DNA from: Chrysomallon squamiferum
Taxonomy: Eukaryota > Animalia > Mollusca
Direction: 5' to 3'
DNA: 64,000 nt
Assembly (NCBI GenBank): GCA_012295275.1
Contig: CM022674.1
Location: forward strand, 6,448,001 to 6,512,000
In this document: in pieces, positions 1-12,632 of the stretch
Layout: each line of letters opens with the position of its first letter
Position numbering within the stretch: position 1 is the first letter of the stretch
Position numbers and translations under genes: made by a program
Notes under the pieces: model-generated
What the model was told of the DNA's origin: nothing
The model's input: the letters and a program-made list of their open reading frames with translations, nothing else
Database searches by the model: none

Positions 1-446
1 GTAGTAGTAACATGATTACGACAATGAAGATGATAATAATTAAGACAATGCTGATTACAGTCACGATGATATGTGGTTGACAGTAATTAACAATGATGAA
101 GATGATAATGATACTGTAGCATTAGTAATAGTAGTGGTAATAGTAGCTGTAGCGATAGTACTAGTAGTGGTAGTAGTAATAGTAGTAGTATAGTAGTAGT
201 AGTAGTAGTAATCTTAGAAATACTCGAATAAGTAATGGGGTAACGGTGGTAGTTGCTGTTGTTGTAATAGTAGTGGTTGTGGAAGTAATACCAGTAAATC
301 ATTCTGGCAGAAGTAGCTGTTGTTGTAATAGTAGTGGCTGTGCGTGCACCTGTACTAATGACGTGGGTTAGACAAACGATTTCTGACAAAAGTAAAGTGA
401 CGTGAATTAAAATTATTCTTCAGTTTTAAAAATTTGTTTTTTTCAG

Positions 447-541
447 AGCTGCAGACATTCCTGAACGCTGTTAGTTCTAGTCAAAGTAATACCAATATTA
501 TAAAGAGAATGACAATGACCTATGAGAATACTTCACAAATG
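447..541 (+). CDS. Membrane protein gene, first exon in window (..LQTFLNAVSSSQSNTNIIKRMTMTYENTSQM)
   Basis: tttttttcag acceptor at 445-446, ATG|gtaagt donor at 542, open frame. Confidence 0.7.
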
Positions 542-1100
542 GTAAGTTAAAATATTTGTCCTCATCTTGAAATATAAGTACGTTCTATCCCAGTTTACAA
601 TGCATGTCAGCCATTTTGTTTTTCCTATTGTCCTACGGTTAACACGAAAATTAATGAAATTGATGCGTACAAGTTCTATAATAAGATACATACAAATATA
701 TACATACACACATACATACATACATACTTACATACATATTTATATATACATACATACATACATACATATATGCATACAGGGCATACATACATACGTACAT
801 ATATCTTTGTGTTCTTAACATATTATAGCCCATAAATCTATAATTTTGTCTTCTATGATATATACATTTACTCTTAGCCTTCTGCAGATGTGAAACTGCA
901 CACTGTTGCTATTAGTTACTAGTAAATAACAAGTATTTGTATTAATGAGTTTGCTCATGAACCTACATGACAAATGGTTTTTTTACTCTACAAACTATTC
1001 AATAAATGGTCTATACGTTTTGCCTACTTACCATAGGTTTACAATATATTTAAGAAATGGTCTATATATCTGTATTTTTACCTTAACATATTTCTTTTTT

Positions 1101-1135
<35 letters not shown>

Positions 1136-1349
1136 CTTATTTGAATTCCACAACCTACTTACGAAAAGGTCTATAATTTTTGTATGTTTACCTTAACAAT
1201 TATAATCTTTCTAAGAAATGGTCTCTACTTTATTTTTATTTTTATTTTTATTTTTATTTTTTTATTTTGTCATACTGCTTTGCTAAGAGGAAAGATACAA
1301 AAGATAACCTGAAAGTTTTGTAAACATAACCTATTTATTATTATTATTA

Positions 1350-1381
<32 letters not shown>

Positions 1382-1631
1382 TCAGGCCTCTTTTGACCAA
1401 GTTACGTATTTGAGTTCTGTCACGATCACAGAAGATGAGGAATGCACACTGACTAACGTCTACTTCAACTTTACTGAACCCTATCAGTTGCCTAGATACC
1501 GGCTCCTCTACACGATGAACTGCTCAGAAAACGAAAGCCAATGGAACGAATTTGATGATGAGCTTTGGGGAAATCATCAGGTATTGTTTCATTCCTTTGT
1601 TTGTTTGTTTCGTTATTTACTCTCCGTTCAT

Positions 1632-1696
<65 letters not shown>

Positions 1697-1955
1697 GCTG
1701 TTGTTGTTATTATTATTGTTGTTGTTGTTGTTACCAAAATTTTTATATTATCATTATTAGTACTAATATCATCAATATCATCATCATCATCGTCATTTTC
1801 ATCGTTATTATTTTCATTATTACTACAATAACTACTAGTACAGCACTACTATTACTAGTCTTCGTCCTATTACTACCTACTACTACCATATGTAGTAGAT
1901 TAGTATTAACAGTATTCCTGCTGCTGCTAAATTAATTTGGAAAAGCTTGCAGAAG

Positions 1956-2051
<96 letters not shown>

Positions 2052-2093
2052 TCTGTCTATCTCTCTCGCTCTTATACTATTATTATTATTACA

Positions 2094-2152
<59 letters not shown>

Positions 2153-2383
2153 CAGTTTCTGAAGGCAGGAGACAAAGCTATAGATTTGGGGTTGCTGAAA
2201 GTCAGATGTTTGAAAATAGAAGCCAATGATACAGAAAGAGTATACTCGATAGCAAATATCACTTTTACCGGACCTTCAGGTAATGTATGAGTGCGTGCGC
2301 GTGTGTGCATGTGTGTGTGTTTATTTTGATTTTTATAATATTGACTTCTCTTTTTTTTTTTTTTTTTTTTTTATTTTCTTATA

Positions 2384-2414
<31 letters not shown>

Positions 2415-4803
2415 TTGTTTTGGTTTGGTTTTGGGTTTTTTCATATTCGACTGCATGAAGGTTGTTATAATATTTTATTCTAAGATAAAATATAAATGCA
2501 TAGCTATACACTTGTTGTTTGTTGGATGCCATTATATGTATCTAAGTATATGAACTATATATATATATAGATAGATAGGTATGGATTATTATAGATATGT
2601 ATGTATGTATGTGTGTGTGTTTGTGTGTGTGTGTGTAAACAAACAAACAACAAAAAAAAAAAAAAAAAATTAATATAGTGCTAAACAAATCACCTAAAAT
2701 AAAATTTTAAAAAATCCTATTCATAAATAAAACATAATGTGATTAATAAAAAATAATAATAATAATAATAATAATAATGACAAATCTGTCAAAACAAATA
2801 AGACAGTCTGCTTTTGTATGCCAATTTCGAATACCATTGTTTGTTTGTTTATTTTGTTTTTATTTGTTTCTTTGTTTTAGGGTGTCGAGGTATTTTTTAT
2901 TTTTTATTTTTTTTTGTGGGGTTGATTTATTATTATTATGTTTTTTTTTTTGTTTGTTTGTTTGTTGTTGTTTTTTTTGTTGTTGTTGTTGTTGCTATTG
3001 CTGCTGTGTTTTTGTTTTACTTTCAGTATTAAATAATTTAACTGTAAAGCAATAAAATCGGTCGATGATGAAAATGAATCATCATTTTATCCTATTTTTA
3101 AATGTTATTATTTAATTTTTTATTTTATTTTATATATTGTTGTTTTTTGGAGGGGGGGAGATCGTTCTGCAGTATGACGTAATTCATTGCCTGAAGGGAG
3201 ATGAGGTGTGCGGGGGTGGGGGTGACACTGTAAGTTTGCCATCATTTATTTTTATATATTTCAGCATCAACATTATTTAGTTATAACAATAAATTAAAAT
3301 AAATAAATAAATAAATAAATAAATATATGTGCCATCAGTTATTTTTTTATATTTCAGCATCAACATTATTTAGTTATAAAATATAAATTAAAATAAAAAA
3401 AAAATAAAAATCAATCAATAAAAAAAACTGGTTGATAATGAATAATGAAAGTATAATTGTGTAAATTTTCGACTCAGAAGTTACTTGTCACTTAAAACAG
3501 TTTTACCAGAGCCTAAACTAACCGGTTCGGATTTCATGTTGTCGCGGTGTCATTCTCGACCAGTTTTAACTTCGTATTAAACAATGCAGTGTTTGACAGG
3601 TCTGACGTCAGCAACGACGTATCAATTATTAATCTGTGCTGCGATAGCCTCTTTTTTCATGGAGTCGCTGATGTAGTTGATTATTTTTTTTTCCCCACTG
3701 CCATAGAAAAGAGATTAGGTTCGTGTAGAATATAAATATTTAAGGATGTATTCGGTTTCGCTTACTTTTTCGTTTTTTGACTTTTTTTGTTTGTTTTTCT
3801 CTCTCTCGTTTTCTTTTTTTTTTTTTTTTTTTTATATTGTTGTTTTTTATATTGTTTTATATAGCAAAATATGTTTACATTTTATTATTATTATTGTTGT
3901 TGTTATTGTTGTTGGTGGTGGTGATGGTGGTGGTGGTGGTGTTTGTTGTAGTTGTTGCTGTTGTTGTTATTTCTCGTGTTGTTGCTGTTGTAATGTATAT
4001 CAAGAGACATATGTCAATGTCTGTATAAACTCAGTATATCTATTCGAGGCAAGTAACGTTACCTTAAATGCTGATATGGTACAGTCTAGAACGGGAAATC
4101 GCGGAGTGAGGCAGCAGAAAACAAATAATCCATTTACTAACTATCTAACTACTCGACTGAAAACCCCAAGTTGCTTAATAAATATAGTTCGATGTTGTTA
4201 TGACGTCATTTCATTGATGATGTCATATTCACGGACGTGTAGGTAGTTCATAGGTCAGAGTTAAGTCGCCTGCCTGCAGTTGTAACGATGTCGCTGCGAA
4301 CGGAACTGCTAGTGCTTCCAAACACGAAGTTTGAGTTTTTCGTAATAGAAATACGTCTTCATGTTATCTTTTTGTTTCCAGGACAGTTTGCCGAGGTAGC
4401 AGGAATAGCATTTCAAGCTAACTACGCGCCAAAAGGTAACTGATGAAAACCACATGGGTAGAAGACACACACGCGCGCGCGCGCGCACACACACACACAC
4501 ACACATGCACACTTATTCTTACTCACATACAAGCACTCAAACATACAAGCACACAAACATAAAGCACACACACACACACATTTACGCACGTACATGCCGT
4601 TTTAATAAATAAATACATAACACATAAATATACATATACATACATATATAGATATTCACACATACACACATACAAACGTTGCACGCACACATACACATAT
4701 ATATATATCACTAACACAGCTATCATCACTACTACTACTTTACTACTACTACTACTACTACTACTACCACGACTACTCGTAATATTCCTATTATTATTAT
4801 TAT

Positions 4804-4840
<37 letters not shown>

Positions 4841-5712
4841 GTTGCTGTTGTTGTAATAATTATTATTATCTTTTCCTCTTTCTAAACGAAGAAGAAGAAT
4901 CTATTTCTCCATCAGCGTCATCTTCCGAAATCGACATCATGTCGTCTGAGTCCATCTCCATGGAAATTACAACAATACCTGACATCATATCGTCCGAATC
5001 CGTTTCCATGGAAATGACTACAATACCCGACGTCACGTGGTCGGAGTCCCTTTCCATGAAAATGACAACAATACCTGACGACGTCATATCGTCCGAGACG
5101 GTTGCTGTGGAAACGACTGTCGACGTCATTTCATCTTATGCGTCATCGAAATCCAGTGACGTCATTTCATCGTATGCGTCATCGAAATCCAGTGACGTCA
5201 TTTCATCGTATGCGTCATCGAAATCCAGTGACGTCATTTCATCGTATGCGTCATCGAAATCCAGTGACGTCATGCCAACGCCATCCGCCAGCGTGATCGA
5301 AGGAACGACAGTGACGGAACGTTCTGCCTCACTGACCGAAGGCGACATCAGCACCAGTCACGTGACGACATCGCCTGCCACCGGACCTGCTGACACTCCG
5401 ACCACGCCCACCAGAACGCAGACGTGTATGTGTCGATGTAAGACAGACGACCCGACGGCTGGAGAAAACAAAACACTGGACGAAGTTACGAAAGAAAAAA
5501 CCGAAAAGATCCAGAAGGAGCTGCAGGTGGACAAAAAAGAACTCTCCGCAACGAAGATGAAAAAGGAGAGCGCCCCAGACGTTCGAACCTCCGCCCAGGT
5601 GACCACGTGATCACACGCACTTGCAGAAAACCTAAATTTATTAACACTGCTGACTGTCAGCCATTTTTATTAGTTACCGTTATTATTTTCATCGGTGTCA
5701 TCATCATCATCA

Positions 5713-5761
<49 letters not shown>

Positions 5762-5919
5762 TACTGCTACTACTATATGATTATTATTATTACCATCATG
5801 AACATCATCATTTTCGTACTACTACTACTACTACTACTACTATATTATTATTATTATTATTACCATCATGAACATCATTCATATATTTTCGTCATCATCA
5901 TCATCATTTTCGTCATTAT

Positions 5920-5986
<67 letters not shown>

Positions 5987-6078
5987 TTCATCATTAACAT
6001 TACTATTACTACCACTACTACTATTACTGCTACTACTGCTACAACAACAACTACTACTACTACTGCTGCCGCTACTGT

Positions 6079-6125
<47 letters not shown>

Positions 6126-6706
6126 TTATTATTATTATTAGTAGTAGTAGTAGTAGTATTGTTATTATTATTATCCTTTGACTTATTTGTTTCTAAATTA
6201 TTTTATTTTATTTGATTTTTTGTTTATGGAAGTGGTAGTCGTCGCAGTAGTCGTAGGGTGATGGTGATGGTGACTACTGATCGTGATTTGTATAGCTGAA
6301 GTACTAATAGTAATACCAAAAACAAGTTGCATTAGCAATAGTAACTGTAGCAATATTAGTATTATGGCACAACAAAGTAGTAATAATAGTAGAAGTAACG
6401 ACAGTAGTGGTAGTTGTAGTGGTGATAATAGCAGTATTAGAAGTAGTAGTAGAGGTTGCAGCAGTAATGATAGAACTGCGGGTAATAGTAGTAGTTGTAG
6501 TAGTAGTTGTAGCAGAGGTGGCGGTGTTGTAGTTCTCTGCTCTCTTATTTATATACTCTTGTATTTTATTTCAGGTTACAGGCTACGTCGGCATCATCCT
6601 CCTCACCATTGTTGCGGCGATGTTGTTGCTGGCTGACATTACGTCCATTTTTCAGCACGTGTCTATGCTCAAGTCTAACATCAAACAGTCTTTCAAAAGT
6701 GACTGA
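447..6706 (+). CDS. 5'-partial spliced gene for a type I membrane glycoprotein (discoidin-like region, mucin-like S/T stalk, CxCxC, coiled segment, C-terminal TM helix); exons 447-541, 1386-1580, 2156-2279, 4892(or 4916)-5598, 6575-6706
   Basis: Five GT-AG-bounded exons join in frame (intron phases 0,0,1,0) and end at TGA 6704-6706. The hydrophobic segment VGIILLTIVAAMLLLA lies in the last exon. The start codon is upstream of the window. Confidence 0.8.
1386..1580 (+). CDS. Membrane protein gene exon (ASFDQVTYLSSVTIT...ELWGNHQ)
   Basis: tttcag acceptor, CAG|gtattg donor, 195 nt, phase 0/0, non-repetitive sequence between microsatellites. Confidence 0.8.
1958..2150. repeat. (CT)n followed by (TAT)n microsatellites abutting a splice acceptor; representative of dozens of simple repeats in the window
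   Basis: Direct inspection. Confidence 0.95.
2156..2279 (+). CDS. Membrane protein gene exon (FLKAGDKAIDLGLLKVRCLKIEAND...FTGPS)
   Basis: cacag acceptor, TCAG|gtaatg donor, phase 0/1. Confidence 0.78.
4892..5598 (+). CDS. Membrane protein gene exon: Ser/Thr-rich repeat stalk, CMCRC and juxtamembrane motif
   Basis: Contains ORF 4939-5610. Phase-1 acceptors at 4890-4891 or 4914-4915; CAG|gtgacc donor at 5599. Confidence 0.8.
5122..5265 (+). repeat. Coding 36-bp tandem repeat x4 (DVISSYASSKSS)
   Basis: Four near-identical units gacgtcatttcatc(t/g)tatgcgtcatcgaaatccagt, preceded by three degenerate 48-bp units (about 4933-5080). Confidence 0.95.
6575..6706 (+). CDS. Membrane protein gene terminal exon with TM helix and short cytoplasmic tail
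   Basis: tatttcag acceptor; translates VTGYVGIILLTIVAAMLLLADITSIFQHVSMLKSNIKQSFKSD*. Confidence 0.82.
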   Translation, partial: VTGYVGIILLTIVAAMLLLADITSIFQHVSMLKSNIKQSFKSD

Positions 6707-6917
6707 ACCCAACCAGAAATTAAAATCGCGTGTCATGCAGAGTTGTTGCTGGAAAAATAGCGAATAGTTTCGCATCCCAGCTCGATCACGTGACGCATCA
6801 TCCATCATTAAATATATCTGGAGTGGATGCTTTATGCATTAAAAAATAATCTGTCATGACAAATATAAGGAAATTTAAAAAAAAAATAATAATAATTATG
6901 ATCGTCAGCCTTACCCC

Positions 6918-7008
<91 letters not shown>

Positions 7009-7181
7009 ATATATCTGTATCTTTATTTATCTATGTGTCTGTATATGAGTGTGTGTTTATATATATATACACACACACACACATACATACACACACATAT
7101 AAACATACACACATATACACATATGTCAGTGTTGTCTGTTTATCTATCCATCCATCCAACTAACCAATATAACACATCCAT

Positions 7182-7251
<70 letters not shown>

Positions 7252-7298
7252 AATCTAGATATCGTCATCTACTTACCTGCCATTTCAAATATTTTTGT

Positions 7299-7333
<35 letters not shown>

Positions 7334-7566
7334 TATAATGGCGTTAGTTAAATGTATTGACGACAAAGGTTTTAGGAGGTTTAAAAAAGAAACCTGAAAC
7401 CTTGCATAAAATCAGCAGCAAATCGTCTTTTATTTATACTTAATCAGCTGGCTTAATTCTTTCTTCTTCTTTTATTTTTTCTAATGAATATATCTCTGCA
7501 TATTAATATGTATGGTGTCAATGAGTGTATATATCTATGTACGAATATGTGTGCGTGAGTGTATGG

Positions 7567-7621
<55 letters not shown>

Positions 7622-9184
7622 AATGTGTGTGTTACTGTGTTGCTTCATTTCAGTAACATGGTTTAAAGGAAAGCAGGAACTGATCCATAATTGCTATGGA
7701 GTCAGGGTTCAGGCAGTTCCATTCACATAAATATTTACCGACGTATTGACGTACATACGTAGGGAACACGCCCAAAACCCAGTCAGTGGGCATGGAAACG
7801 ATCTTACGCTTCTTGTTAGATCTGTCTGATAATATAGAATCTTGTTTTCTGCATGTACATAGACAAGTTCACCGTCCAATGCCACATTTTTGTCGAGCCG
7901 CACCTGTATTTACGTTATTCACTATCTGGAATTCTTTATTGACTGTTATGTTGTTATTGATAATGATATTGTTGTTGTGGACTCTACTGCTGTGTTTGCA
8001 AAAAAAATTAAAAAAAAAAAATATATATATATATATAATAAATAAATAATATTTTTTTAATTATATTTATGCATAACAACTATTGAAAAAAATTACCTTC
8101 GTGCATAAAACATATCTACATTTTTATACACGCAGACACAGACACACATACACACACACACACACACATACTCACACACACAACGAAATACAACCGTACT
8201 ATATATCATATGCCTTAAAGTTATCAGACTAATTCACTTTGTTCAGAAAAGTGCACATTGTCCGTTACGTAGTTCACATAAACACACGGTGGTTACTACT
8301 TTTTCACAAAAGTACACATTATCTATTACGTAGTCCACAAAAACACAGTATCTACTACTTTTTTTCACAAAAGTACACATTATCTTTTACGTTTTTCACA
8401 TTTTATTACGTAGCTCACAAAAACGTACATTATGTAATTATTATAATTACTCATGTATAAGTTCTAAATAGTGAAATAAAATTCTTTGTAATACCAAGTT
8501 ATTATTTAGCTGTCGTGTGTCATGACAAAGTATAACAATAAAATAATTATTTTACTAATTATCTATACGCCGCCATTTTGTGTCTTTACTTCTGCAGCTT
8601 CACTTATGACGTCAGTGCCTACGTGGTAAACTGACAGATAAATACTAAAAAAAAAAAAGAATCAAAAATAAATAAATAAATAAATAAATAAATGTACGTG
8701 GTGTTGTTATGACTACTGTAAAATAGCGGCACCCCCCACCCCCCGATTTTTTAAACGTACTGTTTTGTTTCATTTGTTTATTAGTTAAAACTGGCCAAAA
8801 AAAAAAAAAAAAAACAACAACAGAAAAACAAAACAGACAAACAAATAAAAAAAAAAAAAAAAACATTATAAATAAATAAATAAATAAAACATATGACGAA
8901 AAAATTCGGAATTATATTTACATCACTTCTTCATGTCAAGAAAGATACACTTTAACAGAAAAGAAAGGAATTTTATTTTCAAATACTTTATCATTTAATA
9001 CTATTAACGTTCAACAGTGTCTACATAAAATGGATACTGTTATATCTGTATAGAAATATTGAACACATTATTAATCATTTTACTTATAATTATTTGAAGC
9101 ACGTTTTTCGACGATTTTGTCAAACACTGGTTACATCTCGCGTTTATTATATTTACATACCAAGATTTTATACTAATATATTTA

Positions 9185-9239
<55 letters not shown>

Positions 9240-9720
9240 CAACAACAACAATAATAATAATTTACTACGAATAAACACATTACTACGATTTAGCATTGGC
9301 ATTTATCAAAATGAATATAAAATATAATTTTTTCATTATTATTTTATATAATGAATAGACGACGTAAGTATTCTGCGCCTTCTCACAAACATGAAAAACA
9401 GAGTCAACGACACCGGATACAGCAGTTATGAGGCTCCAAAGAAAAGGAAAATACGTTCACAGAAGAAAATCAATTGTACTACCGCCGTGGCCAGACGGCA
9501 TTCGTAGGAAATTAATAATTACAACAATTAGCAATATAAATTTATTTGTATTTGATGGTGGAAAATATCAAAATTGTTTCATTAAGGTGTTTCTGTAAAT
9601 AAAGTATCTGTCCGTTGGACTGCTAAAAAAAAAATTAATAATATTAATAATAATTCTTATTTTTCTTTCATGTATTTATATTTTATTATGTTTAGGGAAA
9701 AACAAAAATAATCATATATA

Positions 9721-9757
<37 letters not shown>

Positions 9758-9894
9758 CATGCGAATTTGTTTTAATACATTTATTTTACTTATTCATATG
9801 TGTGTGTGTATTTGTATATATATTTGTATATATTCATTTTACTTGTGTTTAAAAAATAAATAAATAACGAATTTATTTTATCATCGAAAATATT

Positions 9895-9966
<72 letters not shown>

Positions 9967-10030
9967 AAAATTTCAAAATGTATTTTCAGCAAAAATTTCC
10001 AAAATGTATTTAGTAGTAGTAGTAGTAGTT

Positions 10031-10083
<53 letters not shown>

Positions 10084-10494
10084 CGTGGTGGTTGTATTGA
10101 TATTAGTAATAGTAATAGTAAAGTTGTAGTAGTTAGCAGTAGTAGTTGTTGTTTTTGTTGTCGTTGTTTTGTTGTCTGTAGATAGGGAAGCAGCAAAAGA
10201 AGAGACGGTTTATTATCTTTTATAGGTTCTCTCAATAAGAAAGGTGGAACACTTTCACAAAGAAGAACGAGACCAAGAACGATAATTCTAACAACAAAGT
10301 GTTGTTACTGTCTTGTTAGTTTAGATTTGTTGGTAGTCCAATGTTCTAAGATGATTTGGTATTTTCACTTATTTGCATAGATGTGAATTAACTATCCGTG
10401 GCACGAAGTGTTTCGATCTCGAAGCCTCATGCTTTAAGCGAGAAGAAACCCATTTTGCAGCACTGTGTCTTACTGTTAGTAGATATTTTATTTA

Positions 10495-10512
10495 ACTTTC
10501 GATTTCGCTTCC
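10495..10512 (-). promoter_or_regulatory. ISRE/IRF-binding-like element upstream of the PARP12-like gene
   Basis: ACTTTCGATTTCGCTTCC (reverse GGAAGCGAAATCGAAAGT) matches GAAANNGAAA with a third half-site; about 800 bp before the ATG. Confidence 0.5.
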
Positions 10513-11307
10513 TTGAAAAGTACGCATCATGTTGTTTGTCTGTTTGTTTTGTTGTTATTTTTTTACTTTTTGTGTTGTATGTGTAGCAATTTTCAGTTCC
10601 AAATTAGCTAATTAGGTTTTGACCTAGAAAGATGACACAACTGAACTCAAATTTATGTTTGTTCATCATGACAAATGCAGATATAATATATACATTAAAA
10701 TTTATCTCACTGAACTATACTTCAGCATTATAGTTTTTCACTTTAAAATAGATTATTTCAACTTCTTTGTTGTAACTTAATGTCATTGTATTGCCTCACA
10801 ATTATACTTTTACCCTGGCAGTTACTGAAAGAATCTATGAAACTAAATTACTTTATAAACTGCAATCAAAATGGGGGAAAAAAATAATAGTTGTTATTTC
10901 AGTCCATCACAAAACTGTTCATCGCCTGACACTTTAATCAAAATATTGTTAAAGAGTTTGACCAACCTTTGTTTAAAACTCCCAGTAGAATTTAACACAG
11001 ATAACCAGTTGTGATACCAGCTTTCATGTTCAAACTGTCAGTTGCAGGAAAATGTTTTTTAGAAAAACATCAATGTTTCATGAATATCTGATTTATAATT
11101 TATTTATTTATTTATTTATTTATTTACTTGTTTGTTTGGTTACATTTATATATAATTATGTCTACATTGATTAGTAAGAGAAAATTCAAACACATTTTTA
11201 CACATTCTATTTCCAGAAAAAAAAAAACATATGCAAAGATCTATTTTTAAATACACTGTTGTGTTTTAGTTTGACAGAAAAGCGAGTGAAAAGAAGGTTC
11301 TAAAAAA

Positions 11308-12632
11308 ATGTCTACCAGGGACCGACCTGACTTTGACCTTGCCACGCTGGTCAACGCCATTCTCCTCAAACACCACGGAGAGCTCGATCTCGACTACCTG
11401 ATCAAAAAACTACGACATCGCCACGACATCAACATCCACAGCAGGGACCTCTTGAAAATACTGCAGCACTACCCGACCCGCTTCATCATCAAGAGCAAAA
11501 CGGAAAAGAAACTCACCACCCACATTGTCATATCGAAAACAAACGTTTCAGACATTCGAATCTGCACGGAGCACGCCAAGAAACAGGGTGGTTGCTATAG
11601 CAACCGCGGCGAATGTGGACAGCTGCACATATGCAAATTTTTCCTTCTCTCGGGCTCGTGCCATTTCAACGAGGACTGCATCTACGGTCACGACTACCAG
11701 TCGGATCACAACTACTCCGTCTTTCTCTCGCACTTCCTCAACCCCATGGACATCGTCCTCGAAGACCTGAGGAAAATGTTCAGTCGGATCAAGTCGCGCA
11801 ACAGCTCGACGATGCCTGACACGTGTAAGTTCTACAACACGTCGAAGACGTGCACCAACAACAAGTGTCGCAGCCTGCACATCTGCCGTCACTTCCTCGA
11901 AGGACGCTGCAAGTTCGAGGACAGCTGCATGCGCAACCACAGCATCCGCGACCCCACCATTCTCGAAATTCTCGTCGACTACGGCTTCAACGTCGGTCAG
12001 CCGAGGGACAAGATTCTGAAGGACTTGGAGTATCTCTACCAGAACAACGCCGTTGTGTCGTCTGCTGCTGCTGCTGCTGCTGACGAGTGGGATGGGATGT
12101 TCCAGTCTTACAATGGACTGGACGGAGGCAGGAGACTCTCGGGACAGAGTCCAAGGAGGTTTTCCCGATCGGACGTCCGATGTCCAGGATTGGACAGCCG
12201 AACGAGAAGTCGATCGCCTCATCAGAGAGAAAGGTCACCAGGTTGTTCTGCAAACCTGCGACAGCAAACCAAGCCTCACAAGTTTCATTATTCAACCAGC
12301 ATGGACATTTCATCATCAACCTCATCGTCTTTGTTCTACAACGGCAAGACGTCTGCTTCAGCGAGTCCTGGGGCATCGTCGGCGGTAAAGGTCGCGTCAC
12401 TGTCAAGGTCGCTTTCAAACCTTCCGAAAACGTCTTTCATTTGTATCCACAACCTTCACAGCACTTGTCTGTTTGGAGAAAACTGTCGTAACCACCACAA
12501 GTCGACAATCTATCAGTGGCAGTGGAAGGGACAAAGCAACAACAAATGGAGGGATTTTGATAAAGACAACAACATAGAACTTGAGAAAGACTTCTGTGAG
12601 GTTGAAAAAACTGAAAGTTACATACAGATGAG
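11308..12632 (+). CDS. PARP12: PARP12-like exon 1 (N-terminal helical region, CCCH x5, start of WWE1)
   Basis: 445-aa ORF; donor ATGAG|gtatag at 12633. Confidence 0.93.

Noticed and set aside
1492-2162. Poly-L/I/Y/C, SLSL, RERE, CVCV and THTH ORFs here and throughout the ORF track
   Set aside because: They are translations of (TAT)n, (CT)n, (GT)n and similar microsatellites, not genes.
3238-3397. ~65-bp local direct duplication in an intron
   Set aside because: Ordinary slippage duplication with no functional signal.
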